A stretch of DNA of 55,724 nt from Alicyclobacillus sp. (GCA_023512635.1 JAILZF010000001.1:1-55724); one strand, 5' to 3'. Counted from the stretch's first letter, positions 17,964-28,440 are shown. The notes: generated by a model not told the origin, from the letters alone. Translations and numbers: made by a program.

Positions 17964-19274
17964 ATGCAACCGACAGTCAGTGAACGCTGGTTTGCGCGCG
18001 CCGAGCAGGTGATTTTAGGCGGCGTTAACAGCCCGTCGCGCTCGTTTGCCGCGGTGGGCGGCGGAACCCCGGTGGTGATGGCAAAAGCGGCCGGGTCGCG
18101 CTTCATCGATGTTGACGGGAAAGAATACATCGATTACTTGGCGGCGTTTGGTCCTTTGGTGCTGGGTCACGCCCATCCGTCGGTGACCGCCGCGATTCAA
18201 GCCGCGGCGGCCGAGGGCGTGCTGTACGGCACGCCAACCGTTTGGGAGGTGGAGTTTGCCGAAGCGCTGCAGCAGGCCATCCCTGCCCTGGAGCGGCTGC
18301 GGTTTGTCAACTCCGGCACCGAGGCGGTGATGACCACGGTGCGCGTGGCGCGCGGGGTCACCGGCCGGCACAAACTCCTAAAGTTCGCTGGGTGTTACCA
18401 CGGCCACTCTGACGCCATGCTGGTGGCTGCGGGCAGCGGTCCTTCTTCCCTGGGTGTTCCCGACAGCGCAGGCGTGACCCCGGCGGTGGCCGGTGAGGTC
18501 ATCACCGTACCGTTCAACGACCTCCAGGCATACGCTGACGCCTTGCAGCGCTATGGCCATGAACTGGCCGCCGTGCTGGTGGAGCCCATTGTCGGCAACT
18601 TCGGCATCGTGCCGCCGCGTGACCCCCACTACTTGAGAGAACTGATAGACCTGGCCCACCGTTACGGCACTTTGGTGATCTTCGACGAGGTGATCACGGC
18701 GTTCCGGTTTCATTACGGTACAGCCGCCCAACTTTACCAGGTAGAACCTGACCTGTACGCACTCGGCAAGGCGATTGGCGGCGGTCTGCCCATTGGCGCG
18801 TACGGCGGACGCCGGGACGTGATGGAGGCCGTCGCTCCGCTGGGACCGGTCTACCAGGCTGGTACCATGGCCGGCAACCCACTGTCCATGCGGGCCGGAT
18901 TGGCTTGCCTGAAAGCCTTGCGTGAACCGGGAGTCTATGAACGCATGGCGCGCTTAGGAGAACGGTTGACCGCAGGCATCCAAGCCGCGGCGGCGGAGGC
19001 TGGCGTCGCGGTCACCATCAACCGCGTGGGCGGTGCCTTTACCGTCTATTTCACCCAGCACCCTGTATCCAATTACGCGGATGCCCAGGCGACTGACAGC
19101 CGTCTGTTTGCTGTTTTCTTTCACGCCCTCTTGCGGCGCGGGGTCTACATCGCTCCGTCCAAATACGAGGCCTGGTTTGTCTCAGCCGCGCACAGCGACG
19201 CCGACGTCGACGTCACCCTGGCTGCCGTTGCTGCCAGCATGCAGGAGGTCGCAGCCGCCGCCCCGCCGCGCTAG
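17964..19274 (+). CDS. hemL: glutamate-1-semialdehyde 2,1-aminomutase
   Basis: [10 protein letters not shown]..., the PLP-lysine context [22 protein letters not shown], and ATG 17964 preceded by AGGAGG. Confidence 0.9.
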   Translation: MQPTVSERWFARAEQVILGGVNSPSRSFAAVGGGTPVVMAKAAGSRFIDVDGKEYIDYLAAFGPLVLGHAHPSVTAAIQAAAAEGVLYGTPTVWEVEFAEALQQAIPALERLRFVNSGTEAVMTTVRVARGVTGRHKLLKFAGCYHGHSDAMLVAAGSGPSSLGVPDSAGVTPAVAGEVITVPFNDLQAYADALQRYGHELAAVLVEPIVGNFGIVPPRDPHYLRELIDLAHRYGTLVIFDEVITAFRFHYGTAAQLYQVEPDLYALGKAIGGGLPIGAYGGRRDVMEAVAPLGPVYQAGTMAGNPLSMRAGLACLKALREPGVYERMARLGERLTAGIQAAAAEAGVAVTINRVGGAFTVYFTQHPVSNYADAQATDSRLFAVFFHALLRRGVYIAPSKYEAWFVSAAHSDADVDVTLAAVAASMQEVAAAAPPR

Positions 19275-19320
19275 GCCGCCGGCGCGCTGAGACTGCACCA
19301 CGAATGGCGACAAATAGGCA

Positions 19321-19354
19321 GCAGGGCTGGCAGCGCTCACGCTGCCAGCCCTGC
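19321..19354. terminator. perfect 15-bp hairpin between convergent hemL and trxA
   Basis: GCAGGGCTGGCAGCG-ctca-CGCTGCCAGCCCTGC. There is no clear U-tract on either side. Confidence 0.5.
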
Positions 19355-19417
19355 ACCTCAAGTGAAAAGCCGCCGCACCGTCCTGACCACAGACCTGTGG
19401 CTGCCAGAGGGTTCTCC

Positions 19418-19735
<318 letters not shown>

Positions 19736-19819
19736 CTCACTTCCTCCTCCCATCGCTGCGAACGCGCTTGCGCGCGTGGATTATTGTACCACAGGCGAGA
19801 AAAAAACCGCAGCCGTGGG

Positions 19820-20914
19820 TCAAGAGGTACGATGGGCGCGCAAGCCCGCACGCAGGGTGAACAGCAACACCGCCAGCAACAGCAGCGTACCAAGCCAGAA
19901 CACGTCTTCTGCTGTGTAGCGAACCGCCAGCGCGTGCAACGGCAACACCCAGTAGAGCAGCGACACCGCAAACAAAACGCTTGGCACCACCCGCCCGCGC
20001 AGTCGATACGTGCCGTATACCAACAGTCCGGCCACCAAGGTTAAACCCCCGGCCAGCAGGGCCTGGGGGGTTAACTTCCAATCGGTCAAACCAATGCCCA
20101 GCGCTGGCACCAGCGTGCTTTGAAACACCAAGGCACCGGTGATGTTCCCCAGGGCCAACGCGTCTTTGCCCTGGCGAATCCAGACCACGCTGTTCAGCGT
20201 TTCAGGCAACTCGGTGGCAAGCGGGATCAACAGGGCGGATAAGACAAACGGCGGTACATCCAGCCAGACCGCAATCTGCGCCACGCCGGAGGCCAGCAAC
20301 CGTGCCCCCCCGACAATCGCTGCCAAGGCAATCGTAAGCTGCAGGAGCACGGCTGCCAACAACGGCTGATCCCGCTTCCCTTGCAGATACAAAGGGTGCA
20401 GCTGCAGCGCCTCGCTTACCTCTGAGCGGTCGCGGAACGACTGCCATAAAAAATATCCGTACACCCCCACCAGCATCCCGGGTGCCACCAGGTGCAACCC
20501 GCGCCAAGGCGCTACACCCACCACAAGGACAAACGAGTAAGCGATTATAAAGAACGCCATGTCCCGTTGAAAGGCAGTCCTCTGGACGTGCGGAGAAGTT
20601 GCCCGACCCGTTTGTCGCCGCGCCAAGACCAGCGCGCAGGCGACAATTGCGCTCCCCAGTGTGACCAGCAAAAACGGCGCGCCAAGGATCCCGCCAATCC
20701 CCACTTCCTGGGCGGAACTGTCGCTGCCAAAGAGGATGGCCGCAACGGGAACAGCGGTTTCCGGCAAGGCAGTCCCGAGCGCTGCCAACACACTGCCCAC
20801 GGCGCTTTGCCCTAAGTTTAACTTACAGCCGAGCCACTCCACCGCGTTGGTGAACAGCTCAGCCCCAAACAACACCATTGCCAAGGCAAACAGCATCGAT
20901 AGCCCGGCCTGCAT
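19820..20914 (-). CDS. CaCA-family cation exchanger (YrbG-like sodium/calcium exchanger membrane protein)
   Basis: Polytopic membrane protein with two alpha-repeat signatures, ALGTALPETAV and PLATELPETLNS. Confidence 0.75.
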   Translation of the reverse strand: MQAGLSMLFALAMVLFGAELFTNAVEWLGCKLNLGQSAVGSVLAALGTALPETAVPVAAILFGSDSSAQEVGIGGILGAPFLLVTLGSAIVACALVLARRQTGRATSPHVQRTAFQRDMAFFIIAYSFVLVVGVAPWRGLHLVAPGMLVGVYGYFLWQSFRDRSEVSEALQLHPLYLQGKRDQPLLAAVLLQLTIALAAIVGGARLLASGVAQIAVWLDVPPFVLSALLIPLATELPETLNSVVWIRQGKDALALGNITGALVFQSTLVPALGIGLTDWKLTPQALLAGGLTLVAGLLVYGTYRLRGRVVPSVLFAVSLLYWVLPLHALAVRYTAEDVFWLGTLLLLAVLLFTLRAGLRAHRTS

Positions 20915-21107
20915 GTCGCACGCTCTCCTTCCCCGGCCCGCCGCCAGGAGTGCGCAACCTGTCCGTAGCTAGCGCCGGTCGGCCATGATTCGTCCTTAGA
21001 CAGTACGCGGGCCAAGCAGCCAATATGACTGCTTGGCCCGTCGCCCACGTGTCCACTGTTCAGAACCCGGCCGGCCTCCCTGATGCCGGTGTTGGTTGCC
21101 GCAGTTC

Positions 21108-22091
21108 CTACACGCCAACCGGCACGTCCGCTTGTGCATCCGCTGTCGCCGCCGCAGCCAGCAACTGCTGGCTCAGCCCTTGCAAGTCGGCGTCTGCCTC
21201 GACAAACAAGGCAAGCCATACATCGTCTACTGCCGCCAACATCCAGACGCGGCCCTCGTCACCGGTCAACGACGTCTCCAGCACACGGCTCAATCCGGCT
21301 TCTTTGCGCAGCCGCTGGGCGCTGCGCCAATGAGCGCGCAGGCCATCCAACAGCGCCGGTTCGTACACGCGATCGGCTGCCCCCAAGGCCTCCCCGGCAA
21401 ACGCTGCCCAGCCTAGCACCCGTTCATCCGCCGTCAATGCGGTGTAACACGCCAACCAGGGTTCCGCCGCGAGTTGCGGAGCGTTGGCTTCATAGAGGAG
21501 AAACGGCGGTCGCCGGGCGGCAAACACCCCGCGCCCGGGGGCGGGTGTACTCACCACCTCTACCCGATCGGCGCGCGCGGCCGCTGTCTTATCTGTCACC
21601 ACGAGTGAGTCGGCGCTCTTCTTCGTGCCTGCTTCCTTGCCTTTGCCAGCTTCCGCGGCTCCCTGCCCGGTTGTCCCTCTGCCCGTCCCGTCTACCGCAC
21701 CCGTTTCTGCAGGCGGCGCATGCACCACCACCGCCGGTTGCCGCCGGCGGGGCCGGCGATGAACGGCCGCTTCCGCCCAGGCGGGGCCGGCCGCCGCTGC
21801 GTCAGGCGCCGGCGGCCCCTCCTCCGTCCAGGCAGGCGAGGCGGTCTCCGCTCCACCCGGAGCGACAGATGGTGCGGAGCTGCCCCTGTCCGGCTGTGTG
21901 GCTGCGGCGTGCACGTCCGCTTGCCCTGCCGCAGGCGTCTCTGGCAGGTTTTCTGTCGCCGCCGCTGCGGCCACCTCTGTATTTTCGCGGCGCCGCCGGA
22001 CCAACCAGATGTTCATCCATACCCAGGCACAGATCACCAACAACGCCACCACAATCAGGGCCAACAACATCCCCAACACCCCTTCACCCAA
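21108..22091 (-). CDS. hypothetical membrane-anchored protein with a Pro/Ala-rich linker and a C-terminal globular domain
   Basis: N-terminal TM (LLALIVVALLVICAWVWMNIW), about 150 aa of low-complexity Pro/Ala/Gly, then about 150 aa of ordered-looking sequence. The start codon is uncertain (TTG 22091 or ATG 22070). Confidence 0.5.
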   Translation of the reverse strand: MGEGVLGMLLALIVVALLVICAWVWMNIWLVRRRRENTEVAAAAATENLPETPAAGQADVHAAATQPDRGSSAPSVAPGGAETASPAWTEEGPPAPDAAAAGPAWAEAAVHRRPRRRQPAVVVHAPPAETGAVDGTGRGTTGQGAAEAGKGKEAGTKKSADSLVVTDKTAAARADRVEVVSTPAPGRGVFAARRPPFLLYEANAPQLAAEPWLACYTALTADERVLGWAAFAGEALGAADRVYEPALLDGLRAHWRSAQRLRKEAGLSRVLETSLTGDEGRVWMLAAVDDVWLALFVEADADLQGLSQQLLAAAATADAQADVPVGV

Positions 22092-22099
22092 AGCATTGA

Positions 22100-22747
22100 T
22101 CAGACGTTGTCACGATGAATGCGGACCGAGGCGTTCATCCCGGGGATGATGTACTTGCCACCTTTCCCGGTAAAGGCGATTTTCACCGGGATGCGCTGCA
22201 CCTCCTTGGTAAATCCTGTGGTCGGTGCCGTGGGTACGGGCTGTCCCTGGGCGGCTGACTCCGCTCCCACCCAAGAAACGGTCCCGGAGAACGTGTCACC
22301 GGGGAAAGCATCCAGGTAAATGTCGACGCTCTGCCCTGGTTTGACGTTGCGCACCGCGGTCTCCTGGACGTTGGCAAGCACGTACTCCCCATCCAGGTTG
22401 CCAATCACCGCCAGCTGCATACCGGGAGCCACCACCATGCCAGACACGGCTGACGTCCGCACCACCTGCCCGGTGATGGGGGCAGTCAGGTTGACCGTTT
22501 GCCCCGTGGGCAAACTGACCTGGCCGAGGACGTCCCCCGCACGGACCCGGTCTCCTTGATGAACCGTCCAACGCGTCAGTTTGCCTGCCGTGGCCGCGAC
22601 CATCGGCTGCAAATCAGCGGCCACCTGGGCGTCCTGCTCGACCACGTAACGGCTGCGGTTGAGCCACCACACCCAGCCACCAATCAGCAGCGCAGCAATC
22701 ACTACAATGGTGACGATGTTTATGACGACCAGTTGCCGCGCGCGCAT
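22100..22747 (-). CDS. HlyD-family membrane-fusion/adaptor protein (short form)
   Basis: MRARQLVVINIVTIVVIAALLIGGW is a TM anchor. It is followed by lipoyl-like and beta-barrel-like segments (GDRVRAGDVLGQV..., VKPGQSVDIYLDAFPGDTFSGTV). The ORF track extends spuriously to 23203 across the upstream gene. Confidence 0.7.
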   Translation of the reverse strand: MRARQLVVINIVTIVVIAALLIGGWVWWLNRSRYVVEQDAQVAADLQPMVAATAGKLTRWTVHQGDRVRAGDVLGQVSLPTGQTVNLTAPITGQVVRTSAVSGMVVAPGMQLAVIGNLDGEYVLANVQETAVRNVKPGQSVDIYLDAFPGDTFSGTVSWVGAESAAQGQPVPTAPTTGFTKEVQRIPVKIAFTGKGGKYIIPGMNASVRIHRDNV

Positions 22748-22872
22748 GGCACACCCCCGCATTCGCTCTGGGACGTGACTGCCCGGCGGGCCGCAGCGAC
22801 CGGAACCTTCTCGCGCGCAAGACACAACAGCCAAAGCTGGCGCGGACGGCAGGGACACCGCAAGCCGTTCGC

Positions 22873-23712
22873 CTAGTGGTAGTCGCGTTCCTCTGCCCGC
22901 GGCCGCCAGGGTAAAAACGACAACGCCTGCGGACGCAGACGCAACACACTGGGAACAGCCAGAATACAGCAGACAGAGCTGTACGCCAAGGCAAACCACA
23001 ACCAGGCGTGCGGGCTCGCGGGCACAGCCCCGGCCAGGGCAGCCTCGACCCAGAGCGGGTTCAATTCCAACAAACATTTTCCCCAGATGACTAAGAAATA
23101 CTCGACCGGGTCGTGAGCGGCCACGAGCTGCAAGCCATAGCCGAGGACCCCGGTCAGCACCACCATCACGGCCACGGTGGCATAGGACACCACCGTGCTC
23201 CACCCAGAGCGCAAGGCCAAGGTCGACCAGCAGACGCTGATGGCGGCAATCAGCACCAGGGTAAACAGCTGAAACGCGAACACCGCTACGACTTCACCAG
23301 GGACAGCGCCGCCAAAGAGGAAGACGAGGCTGTAGAGGGGCAGGGAAACGGCCAGCAACAAGGCGAGCAAAGCGCTGGAAGACAAGATCTTGCCAATCAG
23401 GATGCCCAACGCCGAGAGGGGGGTGGAGAGCAACACCACCAGCGTGCGCCGCTCGCGCTCGCCACTGATGGCACCCGCCGCAAACGCTGGGGCGAGAAAC
23501 GCCGCCACCAGCAACTGCACCAGGCTCAGCGTGACAAACACCTGCTCACTGCGCGAAGGCAGGAGCAGGGTGAGTTGGCCCTGGACATTCTCATGCAGAA
23601 GAAACAGAGTAAACGCGAACATCGCACAAAAATACCCGCAAATCACAAAAGGCGCCCGCCAGGTGCGCATCCGCTGGCGGAACTCTTTGAGCAATAAGGG
23701 GTTACGCAACAA
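22873..23712 (-). CDS. ABC-2 type transporter permease
   Basis: Six-TM protein beginning LLRNPLLLKEFRQRMRTWRAPF (ABC-2/NosY-like). The TTG start is preceded by GGGGGAG. Confidence 0.75.
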   Translation of the reverse strand: MLRNPLLLKEFRQRMRTWRAPFVICGYFCAMFAFTLFLLHENVQGQLTLLLPSRSEQVFVTLSLVQLLVAAFLAPAFAAGAISGERERRTLVVLLSTPLSALGILIGKILSSSALLALLLAVSLPLYSLVFLFGGAVPGEVVAVFAFQLFTLVLIAAISVCWSTLALRSGWSTVVSYATVAVMVVLTGVLGYGLQLVAAHDPVEYFLVIWGKCLLELNPLWVEAALAGAVPASPHAWLWFALAYSSVCCILAVPSVLRLRPQALSFLPWRPRAEERDYH

Positions 23713-23733
23713 CAGGCCTCTCCCCCTCTTTGC

Positions 23734-24663
23734 TTACGTGGCTTCCCGCTGCTCCGTTAACCGCAGGTAGAGTGCTTCCAAATCGGTCGGCCGCTCAGCA
23801 AACTGGCGCACCGCCAAACCGCTGCGCACCAGGCGCGCCAACAAGTCTGCCTGTTGCTCCACGGTGCCCGCAAACGACAGCTCCACCCCGTCCGGCTCCA
23901 CCCGGTAATCGAGCACTCGCGGGTCGCCTTCCAGCAACCTGGCCCAGGTGCGCACGTCAGCGGTGGCCTCGACCCACAGACTGCGATACGCGCTGGAGTG
24001 GCTTAACACCACGTCCAGGGCCGCCAACGCCACCAACTCCCCACCGCGCAGAATCCCAATTTCATCGGCCACTTCCGACAGCTCGTGCAAAATATGGGAG
24101 CTGATCAGCATGGTTTTGCCCAGTTCCCGTAACTTGGCCAAAACCCCGCGTACCTCTATGCGTGATCTTGGGTCCAGCCCGGACGTTGGCTCGTCCAAGA
24201 TCAGCACAGGCGGGTCGTGCATGAGACAGCGAGCTATTTCTAAACGCTGTTGCATCCCCCGGGACAGGTTGTTCACATATTTGTCGCGGTGCTCCCACAA
24301 CCCCACCCAATCCAGGTATTCCTTGCAGCGCGCCTGCGTCAGGCGGCGGGGAACCCGGTAACACTCGGCGTAAAACGTCAGGTATTCCTCCACGCGGATG
24401 TCGTCGTACACGCCAAACGAATCTGGCATGTAGCCGATGGATCGGCGGACCCCTTGCGGCTGGCGGGACACCTCATAGCCGTTGACGTACGCCCGACCCG
24501 ACGTCGGGGTGGTAAGTGTGGCTAAGATCGACAGGGTGGTGGTCTTACCTGCCCCGTTTTCTCCCACCAAGCCTAGGATGGTGCCGCGCCTGACATACAG
24601 GTTGAGGTCTTTCACGGCGGCGACGCGCCCATACCATTTGCTGAGGTGATCCGTTTGAATCAC
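23734..24663 (-). CDS. ABC transporter ATP-binding protein
   Basis: Walker A GENGAGKTT, signature LSRGMQQR and Walker B LILDEPTSGLD. The GTG start overlaps the upstream stop as GTGA. Confidence 0.9.
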   Translation of the reverse strand: MIQTDHLSKWYGRVAAVKDLNLYVRRGTILGLVGENGAGKTTTLSILATLTTPTSGRAYVNGYEVSRQPQGVRRSIGYMPDSFGVYDDIRVEEYLTFYAECYRVPRRLTQARCKEYLDWVGLWEHRDKYVNNLSRGMQQRLEIARCLMHDPPVLILDEPTSGLDPRSRIEVRGVLAKLRELGKTMLISSHILHELSEVADEIGILRGGELVALAALDVVLSHSSAYRSLWVEATADVRTWARLLEGDPRVLDYRVEPDGVELSFAGTVEQQADLLARLVRSGLAVRQFAERPTDLEALYLRLTEQREAT

Positions 24664-26777
24664 AGCGGCGACACTCCCCCCGCTAGCGGCAAGATGGCTA
24701 CCGGTGCAAGTTGGCGGACAAGCAACAGGGTCTGGTTGGAGTCTATCGCCTGCTGGACGTTCACCTCAGCCAAGCCAGGCAGGGGACTGCCTGTGGTGTT
24801 GTCGGCCGTCGCCACCAACAAGGCTTGATCCCCGTCGGCCGCCAGGCTGAGCAGCCCGGCGGCGGACGCATAGCTTCCCAACGGCCGGCCAATGCCACGG
24901 GAGACGTCACGGTTGTACGCTGCGTACGCGGACAAGTACCCGCCCGCCCCGGCCACCTGGGCATTGCCCGGATTGAGTGTTGCCATCCCGCCCGGCGGCA
25001 CGTCCCCTACGGGATACAGCTTGCCGTTCCAACACACCGCCAACTTGTGCAGCGTGTACGGGGTCTGATTGGACACTGTCCCGGCCAACCCGCCGGCCAC
25101 CGTCGACAGGTCGGTCAACACCTCTCCTTGGTTGTGGACAAGGCCAGCACTGTACGTGTACCTTACCCCCCAACGGCCAATATCAAGAAAGCTGGCTGTT
25201 GTCTGAGTGCCTACATCAACCCACGCCTCGCCCAACTGGCGCACGTTTTCTTCAGCCATCGGCAACAGCCAGACAGGCTCGCGTTGGGTGACCGTGGCAT
25301 TGGTGACAAACGGCGACATCAGGGCGCGAATCCCATACGCCTCCGCTTCGCCCCCGCCGACCAGGTCGAGCACGCCGACCCCTTCCGTCAGCAGTCCGCC
25401 GGGCCGTTGGCTGGCCCCAAACGCGTAAATGCTGACGGTCGTGACCAGACTGAGCGTAGGCAGGGCGGCCCACGCCCATGGTTCCCGCCGCCAGCGCCGC
25501 AACAGCCAAAACACACCAGGTCCCAAGGCGAGTGCGTACACGCCCAACACACCCGCCCAAAAACTGAGCGACGGGATGCGCAAAGGGGAAAGGGCGTCAC
25601 TCGCAGCCGCCAGCATCAAGGCTTGACCTGGATCGAGCAGTTCCGGCAACGCCCGTGCCGCCCCGGCGTCACCCTGTTTCAACACGTGCGTCCACAACGC
25701 CGTGTTGCTCGCCCAGGCCAGCAACCCCGGCTGACTAGGCGTAAATGCGCTCTGCACCACCTTGCCGCGGCCGAGGCTAGTGGCTGCCAGCAAAGGTTGC
25801 CCGGCGGTGCCCGCCCATAAGACCGCACCCTCCCTTAAGGGGCCGGCCGTCACCTGGACGGCGGGGGGCGGAGTGACCGAGTCACCGACGAAGGCCGCCA
25901 GCGGTTGACCGCCGACCGACTGGTCCGGCCCCGGTGCAATGGGCAGCACGCTGTCCCACGCCGATCCCGCATGGCCTGTCCCGGTCACCAGCAAGAGGCC
26001 GCCTAGTTTCACCCAGTCGGTCAATGCAGCCGCCTGGTGCGGCGACAGGCGGGCCAGGGCGTGCGGCGAGGCGGCCACGGCCGCGACCTCGCCCAGGAGA
26101 TTCGAGTCGTCCGGCAGTGATTCCGGGTGAATCGCCACGGGCAAGACCGGACTGCCGCCCGGGCCGTACGTCGATCCCGTTAAAAACTGCGCTGACTGGG
26201 GCTGTGTGGACAACACCGTGACCAACGCGACTTTTCCAAGTTCAGTCCCGGACAACCGGGCGGCGGCGACCATTTCTCCGCCCACAAAACACTCCACCAC
26301 GGCGCCGTCTGCGACCGCTTGTCCAGGTACGGCCAGCCACTTGTCCACCTGGCTGTGCGCCGGCAGGCTGGCTGTCCAACGCAGGGTGCCATCGACCATA
26401 CGTTGTGTACCCACCGGGAAGTGCAAGGCCACCCGTAACTGGGCCTGGGCTGCCGGTCCTTGGTTGGTGATCGTCAGGTGTACAGGAATCCAATCACTGC
26501 GGCTGTAATAGCCGTCAAACCCGACCTCGGTGGACAGGGTGACACTTGGCTCGGCGGCAGCAGCCAGCACAGGACCTGTCCACCGCCAACCTGCGGCTGG
26601 GTCTGCAGTCCCGCCGATCCACCAGCATGTGACGAGGGCCATCAACCACCCGGCCAGCCTGCAGCGCGCTTGGGTCCGCGCACGTGCTGGCCAGCCTGTC
26701 CTGTGTGACCAACAGCTTGTCCCGTACCGCCGGCTGCTTGTGCGGTCTACCCCGCTGGTCATCGCCTGCTGCGTCAT
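24660..26777 (-). CDS. large membrane/extracytoplasmic protein of unknown function (first gene of the ABC cluster)
   Basis: 705 aa with an N-terminal hydrophobic segment and two central TM helices (SFWAGVLGVYALALGPGVFWLL, WAALPTLSLVTTVSIYAFG). It is translationally coupled to the ABC ATPase. No family was confidently recognised. Confidence 0.55.
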   Translation of the reverse strand: MTQQAMTSGVDRTSSRRYGTSCWSHRTGWPARARTQARCRLAGWLMALVTCWWIGGTADPAAGWRWTGPVLAAAAEPSVTLSTEVGFDGYYSRSDWIPVHLTITNQGPAAQAQLRVALHFPVGTQRMVDGTLRWTASLPAHSQVDKWLAVPGQAVADGAVVECFVGGEMVAAARLSGTELGKVALVTVLSTQPQSAQFLTGSTYGPGGSPVLPVAIHPESLPDDSNLLGEVAAVAASPHALARLSPHQAAALTDWVKLGGLLLVTGTGHAGSAWDSVLPIAPGPDQSVGGQPLAAFVGDSVTPPPAVQVTAGPLREGAVLWAGTAGQPLLAATSLGRGKVVQSAFTPSQPGLLAWASNTALWTHVLKQGDAGAARALPELLDPGQALMLAAASDALSPLRIPSLSFWAGVLGVYALALGPGVFWLLRRWRREPWAWAALPTLSLVTTVSIYAFGASQRPGGLLTEGVGVLDLVGGGEAEAYGIRALMSPFVTNATVTQREPVWLLPMAEENVRQLGEAWVDVGTQTTASFLDIGRWGVRYTYSAGLVHNQGEVLTDLSTVAGGLAGTVSNQTPYTLHKLAVCWNGKLYPVGDVPPGGMATLNPGNAQVAGAGGYLSAYAAYNRDVSRGIGRPLGSYASAAGLLSLAADGDQALLVATADNTTGSPLPGLAEVNVQQAIDSNQTLLLVRQLAPVAILPLAGGVSPL

Positions 26778-26867
26778 CTTCTTGAGCTTAGCCTTGACGG
26801 GACGTCACCTCCCGTGGCAGTCTCCGCCCATGTCCGGCCCTAACCCTCCCCCTGATTGTACCGCTGG

Positions 26868-27974
26868 CTAACCCCGGTGCGCCAGATGGACGGCATACGC
26901 CGCCAGATATCGTGCTGCTTGCCGCTGCATGTCTCGATCCAGCAGCAGACGCGCAGGCTTGGGATTGACCTCAATCAGCCACACCTTGCCTTGTGTGTCG
27001 ATCCCCATGTCCAAGCCCAGCCAACCACAGTGGCGCCACCGCCGGCTCACAGCTGCCGCCACTTGCCGGGCGGTTTCTTGCAAGCTCGCCAAGGGCAGCG
27101 TCACCCCCGCTCGCGCCAGTGCCGCTTGGCAGGAAGGCAGCCCTAACCGTTCGCCTCCCGCCACGAGATTGGTAACCACCCCCCCTTGGCCAGCCAGTTT
27201 CGGAATCACCCCTACCACTTGCCACTCCCCGTTGCCGTCGCGCGCGAGCACCACCCGAAAGTCAAGTTTCCGGCCGTCCAGGGACAGCAAGTCAAGGCCC
27301 CGCTGAATCAGGTGGAGTTGCCGGCGGCGTGCGGACAACACACGGCGTAGTGCCGACTCTGTCCACTCCCCGGCCAGCGGGCCGCGCCCCTTGGCTGGCC
27401 GGTCTGTACGCCAGCGGAAACGGCCGTTCGGCAACGCCTCCACGCGGGTGACCCCAGCCCCCCCGTAGCCACCTGCTGGCTTGATATACGCTGAACCCCA
27501 CGCGCGAATCCGTTGCACGGCTTGCACAGGGTCCTGGAGACGGTGCGTTTCCGGCAGGCATGCGCTCAATCCCGCCCGTAGCAACCAGGTATGCATGGTC
27601 CACTTATGCCCCATCAGCGGGTTGAACAAAGGAATGCCCCGTGCTGCAGCAGCGCGCCGCAACGGTCCTGTGACCCCGCGTACCGCCAAATGGACAAACA
27701 CATTTTCATAAAATACGTCGGGCAGGCGCTGCCAGCGTTGAACCCACGCCCCGTCAGGCTGCCCGGGTTCCAGCGGCACCCAGGCGCGCATGCGGCGGTC
27801 TGTCCAACGCACATCCTCTGGGGCCAAGACGGCCAACTGTGCCCCCAAATCAGCAGCCCGTTCTGCCATCCGCCGGTAAAACCACGGCGGACGGCAAGGC
27901 CTGCCCTGGCGGCTGCGCGGCCGTACTGTCGTGATGACGCCGATGAGCGGCCTGCTCCCACCCACAACCGTCAC
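26868..27974 (-). CDS. YheC/YheD-family ATP-grasp protein (paralog 1)
   Basis: C-terminal ATP-grasp core (...IKPAGGYGGAGV..., GVIPKLAGQGGVVTNLVAGG, DMGIDTQGKVWLIEVNPKPA). The start was trimmed to GTG 27974; the track extends to 28013. Confidence 0.7.
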   Translation of the reverse strand: MTVVGGSRPLIGVITTVRPRSRQGRPCRPPWFYRRMAERAADLGAQLAVLAPEDVRWTDRRMRAWVPLEPGQPDGAWVQRWQRLPDVFYENVFVHLAVRGVTGPLRRAAAARGIPLFNPLMGHKWTMHTWLLRAGLSACLPETHRLQDPVQAVQRIRAWGSAYIKPAGGYGGAGVTRVEALPNGRFRWRTDRPAKGRGPLAGEWTESALRRVLSARRRQLHLIQRGLDLLSLDGRKLDFRVVLARDGNGEWQVVGVIPKLAGQGGVVTNLVAGGERLGLPSCQAALARAGVTLPLASLQETARQVAAAVSRRWRHCGWLGLDMGIDTQGKVWLIEVNPKPARLLLDRDMQRQAARYLAAYAVHLAHRG

Positions 27975-28062
27975 TCCCTTTGCTCCGCTGGCACAGTATA
28001 TGTCAGCCCGCACAGCCGGGCTGGACGGCAGCCCGGCTGTAGCTTACAAGGAGGGTTACGCG

Positions 28063-28440
28063 TTGTTGCGTACCGTGTGCAAAGGGAAGATCCACCGTGC
28101 AGTGGTCACGCAAGCTGACCTGAACTACGTCGGCAGTATCACCATCGACCGCACACTGATGGACGCCGCTGATATCCGCCCTTACGAAATGGTGCAGATC
28201 ACCAACCTGTCCAACAGCGTCTTATGGCAGACGTACGCCTTGCCCGCACCGCCACAATCAGGAACGCTCTGCCTGAACGGACCGCCAGCCCGGCTGTTTC
28301 AACCGGGAGACAAGGTCATCGTGCTCTCGTTAGCCCTCGTGACCGATGAAGAGTGGGCCGCGTTAGAGCCGAAAGTGGTGTTTGTCGACGACCACAACCA
28401 GATTGAAGCTGTGTTACAACAAAAGCCTGTCGATTTATAA
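28063..28440 (+). CDS. panD: aspartate 1-decarboxylase
   Basis: LLRTVCKGKIHRAVVTQADLNYVGSITID includes the Gly-Ser self-processing site. TTG 28063 is preceded by AGGAGGG with a 7-nt spacer. Confidence 0.9.
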   Translation: MLRTVCKGKIHRAVVTQADLNYVGSITIDRTLMDAADIRPYEMVQITNLSNSVLWQTYALPAPPQSGTLCLNGPPARLFQPGDKVIVLSLALVTDEEWAALEPKVVFVDDHNQIEAVLQQKPVDL

